A stretch of 64,000 bases of DNA, from positions 374,223 to 438,222 of the forward strand of contig RHPI01002990.1 of the NCBI GenBank assembly GCA_009103225.1, written 5' to 3'. A model generated the notes under the pieces. It was not told where the DNA came from. It saw only the letters and a program-made list of their open reading frames with translations, and ran no database searches. Every line of letters begins with the position of its first letter. Positions within the stretch are counted from its first letter, which is position 1. Both the position numbers and the translations under genes were made by a program. Below are positions 1-12,333 of the stretch, in pieces. Source of the stretch: Chlorokybus atmophyticus (lineage: Eukaryota > Plantae > Mesostigma and Chlorokybus algae).

Positions 1-403
1 ATAGGCAGGCGCAAGGCACTCACGCAACAGTCACAAATCAGTCACAAGGAGCAAGCATGAGGCAAGCTAGAACACAAGAGACGACCTCATCATCTTGAAT
101 TCAATCACAACGCATAACAATTGATAAGAATCATTGGATGTTTTGTGATAAAGAGATTACGTCCATGCAAGCAAATAATCAGCTCGGTTTGTATTCTTGC
201 TTATTCTTGCTTATGGGATTAGGATTTGATATCGACATTGATTACCTTAGACACGTTGCACCGGGGGGGGGCTCGTACGGGTGTTAGGCTGGGCAGCGGC
301 CAGGTGGTTGAGGACGTAATTGGCGTCGTTGGCGATGTGGGCGGCCGTGAGGGCTGCGAGGAGAGGGGTGGCGTCCGGGACCAACCTTGTCGGTGAGAGA
401 CAG

Positions 404-475
404 CTGCTGCTGCAGCAACAGTCGCAGCTGCTCCAGCAGCAGCAGCAGCAACAGCAGCAGTCACAGCTGCACAAG
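404..475. repeat. (CAG/CTG)n-rich low-complexity tract
   Basis: Runs of cagcagcag and ctgctgctg; produces poly-Q, poly-A and poly-C shadow ORFs in several frames. Boundaries approximate. Confidence 0.7.
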
Positions 476-583
476 CGTTTGCTGCTTAAGCTACAGACGC
501 TTTCCCCCAGTGTCCGCCCAGCTGGCGCTGTCTCGGCTGCAGCAACCGAGGCGGCTGCAGCAGCAGCGTCAGGGACAGGTGTT

Positions 584-584
584 N
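584..584. other. Single N, probable contig join
   Basis: Ambiguous base n at 584. Confidence 0.8.
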
Positions 585-661
585 CGGCTGAACACTGTTA
601 CAGGAGTCATCAATTTCAAGGTCAACCCTAAAACGCGCGCGCGCATAAGTGTTGCAGCGCC

Positions 662-2286
662 ATGGCGGCGGCGACTGCGGCGGCGAGTGGGACGACGACA
701 TGGCGGACGACCGCAGCCTCCACAACTCCTCAGCCACGCAGGACAAAAAGGAGCAGGCCAGGAAGGACGCGGGCTACATTCGTATCGCCAGCTGCCGGAG
801 AGGCGGCGACCTCGACGTCCTCCTCAACAACTCCTCAGAGGACGACACCAACGGCGACGCCCAGGACGTGGCCGGCAGGGGCGGCGAAGGTGCTGGGCAG
901 CAGGCTGATCTCTGCAGTAAAGACGCCGTACCTGCCGGATGGGCGCATTGACCTGGACACGTACGACGTGCTGGTGGCCGCCCAGGAGGCGGCGGGCGTG
1001 GAGGGGCTGATTGTAGGCGGGACCACCGGCGAGGGCCAGCTCATGGCGTGGGACGAGCAGGTCGTCCTCATCGCCCACACTGTTCGCTCCTTCCCCCGCC
1101 TCGCCGTCATTGGCAACACCGGCTCCAACGCCACAAGAGAAGCTCTGCACGCCACTGAGCAGGTAGCAATCACTTTCATACGCTTGCACATTGCAATAAT
1201 CGAGCAGCAGCTTTTACAGCAGCGTCCTCCCTCTACGCCATTCTCTTAGGCTTTGGAAAAGTGGATTTGCCTTTCTTGCTTGCATATTGCTTGCATCTTG
1301 CCCCATGCATGCATGCATGAGTTGCTCATGGCAACCCCTAGCAGTGCATGCGAGTGTGCCAGGTGGGTGGGTTGGCATGTGAAAGCTTGTAAGCTTAGTG
1401 AGTTGTGCATGCGTGTAGGGCTTTGCGGTGGGCATGGACGCCTCCTTGCAAATCAACCCGTACTACGGCAAGACTTCAGAGGCGGGGCTGAAGGCCCATT
1501 TTGGTGCCGTGCTCGGGGTGGGTCCGGGTATTGTGTACAATGTCCCGGGCAGGACTTGCCAGGATCTGCCCGCCAGCCTCATGCGCGACCTCGCGGGAGC
1601 GCACCCCGACACGCTGTTGGGTGTGAAGGAGTGTGCGGGCAACAACCGCATTGCCACCTTGTCTAGTGCCGTCCCGGCCGTCTGGTCTGGCAATGATGAC
1701 CAGTCGCATGATGCCAGATGGGACCACGGCGCCAAGGGTGTCATATCCGTCACATCTAACCTTGTCCCGGGCCTTATGCGAAGGTATGCATGCATGTTTG
1801 TGCGCAGATCTCCTGCAAGTACAGCATGCCTCCCTAGCTAGATGCATGCAGAGTTGATGTTTCATGGGTGAAGCGGCGAGCTGCTGCTGCGCTGAGTCAT
1901 TTTACGTGCAGCTCGCTGCGATACTGTGTCGCACGCAAGCATAGGTTGCGTGCGTGGTCCATGTTGGTGTGTAGTTCAGTGTTCTTACCCATCATGTTGC
2001 GCGCAGGTTGATGCATGACGGTCCAGACTCAGCGTTGGCAGAGTCGCTGCTGCCGTTGATAGACTGGCTGTTCTCAGTGCCTAGTCCGATCCCGCTGAAC
2101 ACGGCGCTAGCAATGCTGGACATGTGCCGGCCGGTGTTTCGGTTGCCATACGTGCCTCTCGACAAGCCCAAGCGGGAGGAGTTTGTGCGCATCGCCGATC
2201 AGCTCGGGCGTCATCACTTCCTTCAAGGACCACGCGGACTCAGGTTGCTAGAAGATGAGGACTTCACTGTTGTTGCGCGCTATTAG
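662..2286 (+). CDS. dapA: 4-hydroxy-tetrahydrodipicolinate synthase (DHDPS), plastid-targeted; join(662..1162,1419..1783,2007..2286), 381 aa
   Basis: Motifs [33 protein letters not shown] (Schiff-base Lys) and WSGNDD. Two GT-AG introns (donors 1163 and 1784, acceptors ending 1418 and 2006) give a continuous frame to TAG 2284-2286. The first ~75 aa are Ala/Thr/Ser/Arg-rich like a transit peptide. Confidence 0.95.
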
Positions 2287-3559
2287 AAGGTCATTGGGCG
2301 ATTTGTATATGTACATTGTTTTTGCGGCTCATTGCAACGAAGAGTCAGGTCTGGACACGCACGGTTCCCCGTGACATGAGTTGTGCCTATGCGTTCGCAT
2401 GCCGAAACTTCTGAGAGGTATGCAGCTTGTTGTATGGTAGAGGGGCCCGTCATACCGCACATGGTTGGTAAGTTGCTGATGGGCTTGTGAGTATGTTGCA
2501 TGCATAATGTACAGGAGTGTGCAAGCAATGGGGCTACTCTATCATGTGCATACGTGTGTGCAGGCATGGAACATGTGTGTGCGCGCGTGTGCATGTTCGT
2601 GTGCGTTGAGACTTAGTCTTCATCTTAGGTCGTCTGCAGTGCATTGCATGCTGCTATCACTGGCCGCTAGTATTGGCCCCAATATGGGTTCAGATCTGCA
2701 ATACAGCGGTAAGTTGTAGAGGGGTGACGGTATGGTGGGGACTTGTCAACAATCTTCAATAAGAGGGGTGAGCCTCTTTTTAGAAGCAATACAAGAGGTG
2801 CAATACCAGGGATGCATGTGTGCTTGTGCGTTCTCATGGCATTGCAATCGCGCCCCTTAGGGTTAGATTGGGTTGGGGTAACAAAAAATTGCTACTTGTA
2901 CAATTTGCGCTTTTTAGCACAACGTATGCCAAACAATAAGCACTAACTTTACACATGTAATCCACAATCTTCTCACAAGTCACTCTGAGCAACATTGAAT
3001 TGATCTCGAACGCATGAGAGGAATGACTATGATGCATGGCGCTAAAGCTCATCGCAACGTTATGATGAAGACCACGTGCCTGCCCTTTTTGTGGTAAAGG
3101 CACAACTTCATGTCGCATGAAGTGTTGTTGATGGCGAGTCAACAATTTTATTTGGAGCAAACGTCTTGCATGATTTTCAACTACACGTGCATAGAATATT
3201 TAACTCATATGGAATGGATGCTTGGAACCAATGTCATTTGGATTGCAAGAGCTATAGTGTGGCCCATAAGAGTTGATGTTTTTCAACAACAAGATTACAA
3301 GTACTTTAGACACTTACCAATCTTGTACTTACTGCTTGATAGCAAATAAAGCATTGCTCGCAATAATTTTCATTTCATTATTCACGTACCTTTTTAACAG
3401 AATTATATAAAGCATGCTGTCAATGCACATGATAAAAGCGACAATCGTCATTGATAATTGTATACATCTTTCAATTCACACATGCTACGCATTGAGCTGA
3501 AGGATGCCATATGCTGCCTTCGCATGCATCTTATCATGATGATAAACGTAATGGTTAAG

Positions 3560-4720
3560 CACTTCAAAATCAATGCTAGATTGTGCTTCAGTGCTGCACT
3601 AACACGCACACGCGCACATATGAGCGCACTTGCACACGCATACTATATGAGTACACACATTTTTGAAGTGCGATTTGTGTGCCAATACACGAGGGATTGC
3701 CTTGCAGTTGAGCAAGCAAATGCTTCACTTGGCGAGGAAAGAAGGCCATGTCATAACATGGCATGATCACATGCCCATAAGCGCAGCGCGAGATTTAAGC
3801 GCTGAATCTTGGTAACACGAACATTGACAAGGCATAGGTTGCGCAGGCCGCACTAGCTGTGGACGTCCGGTGCCGTGAACATCGACATTGTTCAGACGTT
3901 GAAAGAGGCATGAGCGTGGGTCGGCATGAAAGGCGGCAAGTAAGCGCGGTATTCAAGCGCTTGACCTTGGCTACACAAACACTAGCGACTCGGACAACAT
4001 GTGCCTTGGAGGCACAGGTTGTGCAAGCCGCTTGCGTGCGCACTAAAGCTATAGACGCTCGGTGTCGTGGACATTAACATTGTTCAGACGTTGAAAGAGG
4101 CCCAAGCATGGGTCGGCAAGTATAAGCGCTGCGTACCATTGAAGGTCTTGATGATGCCTTCATGGCCGCAGAGCTGCAATTTGCTAATAAGTAGCATTGG
4201 CGGGACGTGCGCACCAGTGCGGCTGCCACGTTTGGAATCTCAGATGTTCAAAGCGCGCTTGCCGGACAGACACTGTTATGTCGCACATGTGGACACTGGT
4301 CACCACGCCTGCACCTGCACCGGCCGCTTTTAAATATGTTACACCACACAACGAGAACGGGTTCGAGTCAGGTTCAGACGACATAGATGAAACTTGCGAT
4401 GTAGTCCACAACATTTGCTGACAATAACCTTTGCGGACCCGAGCAATATGCGCAAAACACGCCAACAATCCTCAATTTAATGGGGAGCAATTTGCTCGAT
4501 ACTCGGCCATGCGACGCCTCTCGTTTCAGGACATGGTAAGTGTATTGTTATTTTGTAACCATGATATACACATGTGTGTGCGCCTGAACTCACACGTAGG
4601 TCCAATGACGGCTGCTATTTAGGATGTGGAGTCTCTACCGCGAAACCCCCATTTCAAGGGCAAGGCCATAATGTAGGCCTGCGGGGTTTATTTAAAATTT
4701 AGACAACATATATGCAGACC
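3560..4720 (+). repeat. Decayed copy of the unknown multi-copy gene family (last-exon region); direct repeat of ~8300-9580
   Basis: Colinear similarity to 8300-9580 and 30100-30800, and to 7170-7760 (e.g. gacattgttcagacgttgaaagaggc versus gagaatttgcagacattggaggaggc). Contains an internal ~190-bp tandem duplication and many stops. Boundaries approximate. Confidence 0.7.
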
Positions 4721-4755
4721 TCGAGCATTGCACTCACGGACTTGTGTGAGCAGGT

Positions 4756-7700
4756 CGCAGACTTCGTTTGAGTACATGCGGAGAGCCATTGTAGAGATGA
4801 ATAACCTGGCCCTGCACATGTCCATTGGGCAGGGCCGCCCTCCCTTGGATAACAGGAGCTTGACGGCTGACAACTGGCCGCTAGGACAGCTTGACACCAA
4901 CCACCCTCTCGGCCTAGGTTGCATGATTGCTGGGTTTGCTGACGCCGGCAGCCCGGAGCAGCAAGAGCGCTGCAAGATAGCCATCGAGGTGTTGCGCAGC
5001 AGCCTCGACAAATCACACCAGCCCGACATCGGCAAGCGCGGCTATTCGGGTAAGTGTTAATGCTGTTGCTAATGCTAAATCATCTCGTGCATATGTGCGC
5101 GCATGCACGTTCTGAGTTTTGTTTCTACTGCTGCTGCTGAATCTCGTGCATGCGGAGAGTCAGAGTCTCGTGTCTGCTGCTCCTGCTGTTGGACTACGTG
5201 CGCGCATGCGCGTGCTCGCAATGACATGACCATTGACATTACGTGATGTCTTGCAGCAATTGGAGATGCTATCGCCGGCATCATGGAGACCGAGCAACGA
5301 TGAGCTCGGATGCCTTGTCTACTCTGCAATGAAGCGTGCTTGCCAGCAAAGCGGCTCAGGGAGGTGTTGACTTCGAGCTGCAGGCCTTGCAGGCGGACAT
5401 CCGGTTTCAGCGGAAAGGCTTTGACATGCGCTCCGGCAACAATCTGCAGGGGGCATGAAGGCTAAGCGCGCCTTCATGCCCCCTGCATATCGCCATGCAT
5501 TGAGCGAGCTGGAAGACAAGGAGCGCAGCCTGCGCCAGCTCCTCACGGACGACAGTAAACGTCGTCATGCTGCTGGTCTGCCCGTTGAAGTCCCGCCCTA
5601 CCCTCCTGCACCAGATCGCATGGAGCTGGACATGGACAAGGTCCTTAACGCGCCCGGGACGGACATCTTCACACTCGTACAGACTGGTGCCCCGTGGAGC
5701 ACCCGACTGATGTCCTGATGCCTGCTGCCCGGTAGGTGTGCGTGCATGCGCATGTATGCGTGTGTGTGCACATGCGCGTGCGCACGATTATGTGCATGTG
5801 TGCATGTGCGATTGAATTGATGACACTCTCTTGTTATGCAGAGCCTAGCGTGGAAACCATCATGGCGGAAGCCTCTTGGCGCGCTGTTGCTGCATCTGTC
5901 AGGGCGCAGGTGCAGCATCACCTACAGTGCGCGCAGAAGCAGACCAGCATCCGGATGTGATACGGGCTGTCGAGGAGCTGGCCGAGGAGCGAGCGCAAAG
6001 CAACACACAGCACGGGCATGCCTTGCAGGTGTTCAAAGACCGAGTGGATGAGGCAGTCCATGCAATTCTTGGGCGCAATTGCTTTGTCGTCGATTGCTTC
6101 CACATGATAGGGTGCAAAGGCCCCGAGCGCCTGAGTGCAGATGTCACCTCCAGCCTCGTACAGGTGACCTCTCTCCAGGAACTCTCTCTCCCGGTGTCTC
6201 CCTCACTCTGTAACTCTCTCTAACTCTCTCGTCTCCGTCTCTTGCTTGCTTGCACTGCCAGGCTGCTAAAGACCACCTCGGTATTGCCAGCGCTGCAGAG
6301 TTGGACATGCATCCATGCATGCCTACAGCAGCCAGGGCAGCAATTGGGAGGCGAGACCGTCTGCTGGGCATCCAGCTCACCCGGAAAAGGCTTGCTACCT
6401 GGGCACCAACAAGAACAAGCTGCCCTGGTCATCCAGGTGATTCTTCATCGCTTGAGGCTTGGCAACCCTGACTGCCTCTGAAACGACAACTTGGGAAACA
6501 ACGTGGGGTGTGCACCCACGCATGCTCCTTGGGACAGCGTGGGAGGAGTACGCTGCTTTGTCGACAGACCTGTAAGTTGTTTGCACGCATGTATGGTCTG
6601 AATGTTAAGCGTGCGCACAGTCCAAGTCCTCTGTGCTGCTGGACCTCACACATGTGCGCGCATATGCACATTCCGAGTCCTCAGTCCAATGCTGGACCTC
6701 ACGCATGCGCACACATACGCACAGTCCGAGTTCTCAGTCCGCACCGTGTGCGTGCGCACACGCGTGCAGACTCTGAGTCTTGTGTCTGCTGCTGCTGAGT
6801 CTCATGCTTGCGCATGCATACAGGCTTGCGTTCGACAAGAGCTGCAGCGGACGCGTGTCGACGGCAATTGCAGACCTACAACATCTGAAGAAGCGCATCG
6901 CAGCGGAGCTCGCCGTCCAGAGGTTCACGGCACAGGACACCCCCTCCTCCTCCTCTGCCTCCAGCTCCACTGTCAGCGCCCTTTGCCAACGCACGGTGTA
7001 CGGCGCCGGCGTCTTGCGATTGCTGGACGAACAGGTATCTGCTTCGGGACGCGACGAGCGCTTGCGCTTGGCGGTGGTCACGGCGTTGGCGCTCTCTCCC
7101 AGACGCGACGGCAAGCCTCACACTGTTGCCAGCATCAAAGACAGCATCCGCAAGGCAAACCTTGGAAGAGATTAATGCACTGGCCCTTGGCACCACCAGC
7201 ATCGAGGAGGAAGAGGTAGCGCGAGCCGCGCTGGCGCTGAGGGCGCTTGGCGCCGTCAACTTCGAGAATTTGCAGACATTGGAGGAGGCCCAAGCTTGGG
7301 CAAGTAGGAAAGGTGGCAAGTCTAAGTTGTTGTGTGCAACTGAAGGCCTGGCTGAGGCCTTCAAGGCCGGAGAGTTACAGGTGTTCTACCAGCAGCATCG
7401 GCGTGACGTGCGCGCCTGTGCGACCGTCACGCCTGCAGCCCTTGATGTCCACAGCGCGGTGCGCCAAGCAGGCGTTGCCGACGTTGTACATGTGGACACC
7501 ACCGCGCCTGCTACTGCACCGGCCACTTCCCACGACATCGCATCACACGGCGAGGACGAGAACGAGTGGGAGACAGGTTCCGTTGACATCGACGAAGCCT
7601 GCAATGTCATCAACAACATTGCGGATGATGACTTCAACAGCTTCGAGGAGTCTGCACAAAACATGTCGGCGGAATTCGACTTGATAGGCAGCGGATGGCC

Positions 7701-7760
7701 TCCCGACTCAGTCATGCGGCGCCTTTCACTTGAGGATATGGTGATTGTGTTGTTATTCTG
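4756..7760 (+). pseudogene. Multi-exon gene of unknown function, frameshifted; paralog of 61244-63857
   Basis: Exon-like GC-rich blocks bounded by cag and gtaag/gtagg/gtgac (~4760-5049, 5258-5731, 5840-6163, 6260-6570, 6832-7738). Peptides align with the 61-64 kb copy (LQVFKDRVDEAV/LQELKDFVDDAV; VILHRLRLG/IFLHRLRFG; LEEAQAWA..KGGKSK/LEEAGAWA..RGAKSK). Frame breaks are present. Confidence 0.65.
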
Positions 7761-8299
7761 AAACCTGCTATATGTGTGTACATGAATGTCTTATTACATT
7801 TGTTACTCAGGATGTTGACTTTTTGCCGCACAGCCCCTCGTCATCCAAGCGCAAGGCAAACAAGCAAACCCCGAGCTCGGGGTTCTTGCAGGGGACTGAC
7901 ACAGATCCAAAGCAAGTATCGAGACCAACAATGCCTTCCACTACAGCCCCAAAGGCTTGGCGCCGGCTAATCCTCTCAAACTCCGAGTCTGAGTGAGCTG
8001 AATGCTGTTTGTTCTAGTTAGGTAGTGCTAGCCGCAGTGGGTAGCTTGGATGATTGTAACGGTGACGCTGCATGTTCTTCATGTGCATGTTAGTGATGTT
8101 ACGTGTTTGTCACCTTCATAATGACTCACATCTGCATTAATGGTTGTTGTTGGTAAGTAGCATGAAGTAGCATGTGTACGTTCAGTTGCAGCAGACATGT
8201 GTGTGCATGAAAAAACCACAACATCAACGACTGACACGACTGCATTAACGAGTAGGCTGCCAAGAGGCTCCTGGCTGGCGTTGTCGACATCGATGTACT

Positions 8300-9580
8300 C
8301 GATTCAATCGATTTTATGCTAGATTGTACTTCAATGCTGCACCAGCTGCATTAACACGCACACGCGCACATACGAGCGCACTTGCACATGCATACTTTAT
8401 GAGTACACACAGTCTAATGTGCGTTTTGTGTGCTAATACACGAGGGATCGCCTTGCAATTGAGCAAGCAAATGTTCCACTCGGCGAGGAAAGAAGGCCAT
8501 ATAAGATGCCCATAAGCGCAGCGCGAGATTGAGCGGTGGATCTTGGTAACACGAACATTAAACAAGGCATAGGTTGCGCAGGCCGCACTTGCTGTGGACA
8601 TTCGGTGCCGTGGACATCAACATTGTTCGAACGCTGAAGGAGGCATGAGCGTGGGTCGGCATAAGAGGCGGCAAGTTCAAAGCGCGAGATTTAAGCACTT
8701 GACCCTGGCAACACGAACACTGGCGACTTGGACAGCCTGTGCCTCAGAGGCACAGAGTGTGCAAACCGCTTGCGTGCGCACTCAAGCTATACACGCTTGG
8801 TGTCGTGGACATTAACAGTGTTCAGACGTTGAAATAGGCCCAACCGTGGGTCGGCAAGTTCGAGCGATGCGTGCCATTGAAGGTCTTGATGATGCCTTCA
8901 TGGCCGCAGAGCTGCAGTTTGTTAGTGAGTAGCATAGGCGGGACGTGCGCACCAGTGCGGCTGCCACGTCAAGAATCTCAGATGTTCAAAGCGCGCTTGC
9001 CCGACTTACGCTGTTATGTTGTGTCACACATGTGGACACTGGTCACCATGCCTGCACCTGCACGTCAAGAATCTCAGATGTTCAAAGCGCGCTTGCCCGA
9101 CTTACGCTGTTATGTTGTGTCGCACATGTGGACACTGGTCACCATGCCTGCACCTGCACCGGCCGCTTGCAAAAATGTTACACAACACGACGAGGACGGG
9201 TGGGAGTCAGGTTCAATCGATATTGAGGAAGCTTGCAATGTAGTCAACAACATTGCTGAAGATGACCTTTGCGGATTCGAGCAATTTGCGCAAAGCACGT
9301 CAACGACCCTTAATTTGACGGGGAGCGATTTACTTGAGACTCGGCCATGTAATGCCTCTTACTTCAGAACATGGCGAGTGTATAGTTATTTGTAACAATG
9401 ATGTACACATGTGTGTGCGCGAACTCACACGTAGGTCCGATGACCGTCAGCCGTCGGACGGCTGCTATTTAAGATGTGGAGTCTCTACCGCAAAACCCCT
9501 ATATCAAGCGCAAGGCCATAATGTAGGCTTGCGGGGTTTGTGTACCATTTAGACAAAATATACGCAGACCTCGAGCATCG
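8300..9580 (+). repeat. Second decayed copy, direct repeat of 3560-4720
   Basis: Colinear similarity with 3560-4720 over more than 1 kb. Boundaries approximate. Confidence 0.7.
8965..9156 (+). repeat. 96-bp tandem duplication (2 copies)
   Basis: Units start at 8965 and 9061 (cacgtcaagaatctcagatg...); the translation repeats RQESQMFKARLPDLRCYVVSHMWTLVTMPAPA twice. Confidence 0.9.
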
Positions 9581-10937
9581 TAAGAATTAAATCAAACGCT
9601 CGCTCGCCGTGCATAAGGATTGCTCCAGCATCACCCAGCTCCTCATCACCCGCCCTGGATGATCGCGCAGTGCATGGACTTGGATGCTCGAAGTCTCAGA
9701 GGCAGCACTTTGCAGCAGCTGAACAGCCAGCTACACGTTACCGGACGCAATGAGTGCACGCCGCTTGTGATGGTGGCTGCACTATTGCTGTTGATAAGAA
9801 AGAGTGCCGCCACAACGGTGGGCACGGCAGCACTCCTTTTTGGGGGCGTCACGGACATCATCCGCAAGGCGCCCTTCGAGCCAATTAAGTTTGAGGCATT
9901 TTAGCTTTAAGCTCAAAGTTGGCAAGGTCGGTGAGCCAAAAGTTGCGGAGGCAGCATTGGCGTTGTGGGCACGCAATGCTGTGTATATCGCTGGCGTTAG
10001 CACCTTAAAATAGGCAGGAGCTTGGGCCGCTGCACGAGGTGTCAAGTCCAAGTCACTTTGCGCTGCAGAAGGTTTGCAGTTGATCAACACATATAAGACA
10101 GCAAGCTTGCAGCGTTTTATAAGGCCGATTCTCGACGTGCGGCTAAAGTCAACTAAAGCAGTATGAATGCTAGTTGAAATTCAACTAGCATTCAACTACT
10201 TTTGTCTTGTATTTTAGACTCTGTGAGGTGCGGATCAGGCAACCATTGGGAAAGTGCACACTACGGCATTAATCGTTAATGTTTTAGCATGTTGACCAAC
10301 ACCAGCTACATTGTATTGATTATTTTTATATCTAATTTGAATAGAATCAGTTTGTTTAAATCAATTATTTTTCGGTTTGAACCTACAAGTTTTAATAAAT
10401 GAAGTCATGCAAGGCGCATGCATACCTTTACAATTACCCTGCAAGTAATTGTAAAGGCTTTTAAAATGTAAGGACTCCTTCAAAAGGTAACTTTCTGCTG
10501 TCGAAAAGACCGCTCCAAGAACACATAAATATTGTACAGACAAATTGCAGCCCGAATGACATACGTTTTTTGATTACATGCAACGCGTTAAGATAACGCA
10601 TTGGATGTAAGCATTTATTTTAAAAGTCATTGAAGGTTTTGACCCTCATAAAATATCAAAGCAATGATTACAACGTGATGATTCACATAACACGCATTGT
10701 CCAAGTGTGTTGGTTGCTGTGCTGTGCCCTTTATAATCCCGAATAACAACCCGTGCATAGTGCTTATAGCCTTTGGATAACCAGTTAAATTGCGCGGGTG
10801 TCTTCTTTAAGAATTGACTCGACGAGTTTAGCGCCCGCAACATCACCGCAGACAAGCGGATTTAAAAGGCAATGTAAGAGGGGCGGGTCTGGTTTAGCCA
10901 ACCAGCGTACAGCAACATGCTGGAGATTTTTGGACGC
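9580..10937 (+). pseudogene. AT-drifted relic of the unknown gene family
   Basis: 9700-10150 aligns to 63290-63690; 10800-10937 aligns to 62680-62820. Confidence 0.65.
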
Positions 10938-11272
10938 TGTAATGGAGTGCTACCGCTATGCGGTTCCCCGCCCTTCTTTGGTTAAAAATGAGGGTCCCTC
11001 GGGTAATATACAGCTAATTGAGCCGTATTATGGCCTTTATGGCCCTGATGCAGTGTTAGCTTATCGCTAACACTGATATCGATGTGAGACTCATGTCTCA
11101 CATCGATATCAGCCGCATGGCGGCGCTGCTAACGCAGCGGCCGCTATGGCTAGAGGATTTCTTGCTTTGGCAGCTGCCCCGGCAGCGGCGGCGGCGGTGT
11201 GGGCCGGCGGCGTGGCTGGTGGTGGTGGTGGGGTAGGGGATTAAAGGGGGCGGTAGCACCCCCCCTCTTACA
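10938..11272 (+). mobile_element. 5' LTR (335 bp)
   Basis: Starts TGTAATGG, ends CTCTTACA; visibly diverged homolog of 27846-28188; followed by PBS-like TGGTATCGG (partial match to the tRNA-iMet PBS TGGTATCAGAGC). Confidence 0.85.
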
Positions 11273-11442
11273 TGTGGTATCGGCACAGGGGCGTGAAGGG
11301 CTGTGGGGGCGGCGGCGGCTCTGGAGATGGCAGGATCAGCGGCAGCGAGTGACGGCAGTAGGCGGCGGCAATGAGCAGTGCCAGGCGGCAGCACTAGCAG
11401 CCGCTACCCACGAATTAGAGTGGGTAGTGATAGTTGTTTGTG

Positions 11443-11718
11443 TTGTTGTTGTCGCTGCTGCTGGTGTAGCATAGCCTTGCTTGCTTGCTTGCTTCCTAGC
11501 TTAGCCTAGCCTAGCCTAGCCTAGCCTAGCTGCCCTAGCCTAGCCTTGCTTGTTGGTGTGAAGGGGAGGCGGCCACTCACTTGTTGTTGTCGCTGCTGCT
11601 GGTGTAGCATAGCCTTGCTTGCTTGCTTGCTTCCTAGCTTAGCCTAGCCTAGCCTAGCCTAGCCTAGCTGCCCTAGCCTAGCCTTGCTTGTTGGTGTGAA
11701 GGGGAGGCGGCCACTCAC
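11443..11718 (+). repeat. 138-bp tandem duplication containing (CTAGC)n and (CTTG)n microsatellites
   Basis: Units at 11443-11580 and 11581-11718. Confidence 0.9.
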
Positions 11719-12333
11719 GCTGCCTCACCTCAAGTATTGCATCCCAGCACATCACTTGTAATCAATTATCACATTATCACTTGTGAGTGTGCTCGTGGTT
11801 GGGGCTGCCACCGCGTGGATTCGTGGTGATGTAAGGGGGGGAATTGTGGTGGTTTGCACTTCTCCCACCCTAAGGAAGCAGTCTAACGCCAACTTGGGCT
11901 GTTTTGGCCGCCATTCATTGCGGTAGGGCCGCCAAATTCATTCTATATCAAACTCTCGACTCACAACTTGTCGATATCAGCTTGTAGGGCTGATTCAACG
12001 AGGTTTTGGCACCTTTTGTGTCATTTTCAATTGTGAGTTGAGCTGGGTTGTATGAAGTGAAAACTTTGAGTTGGTATAAGTTGTGAGTCGTTGCGTGGAT
12101 TTGCGTATGGTTTGTTCACAAGCGAGCGTCTTGTTGATAGGTGTTGAGCAGTTAGTTTTTACGTGCTGTTTAACCCAAGTATAGCACCTTGAAATCAACA
12201 AGGAAGAAACTATAAGTTTCAGCACTTCTTGAGTGCACAACTAGTGTGGTTGTGCACTTGAACACTGCATTTACTTACGACTTAATTCTTGGGCAGATAT
12301 CTGACCAAGGGGAAGGGCACAAGGCAGAGGTAC

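Noticed and set aside
219-951. Overlapping short ORFs (poly-Q, poly-C, poly-A) upstream of and overlapping DHDPS exon 1
   Set aside because: Products of CAG repeats and alternative frames of a GC-rich exon; several cross the N at 584; no recognisable domain.
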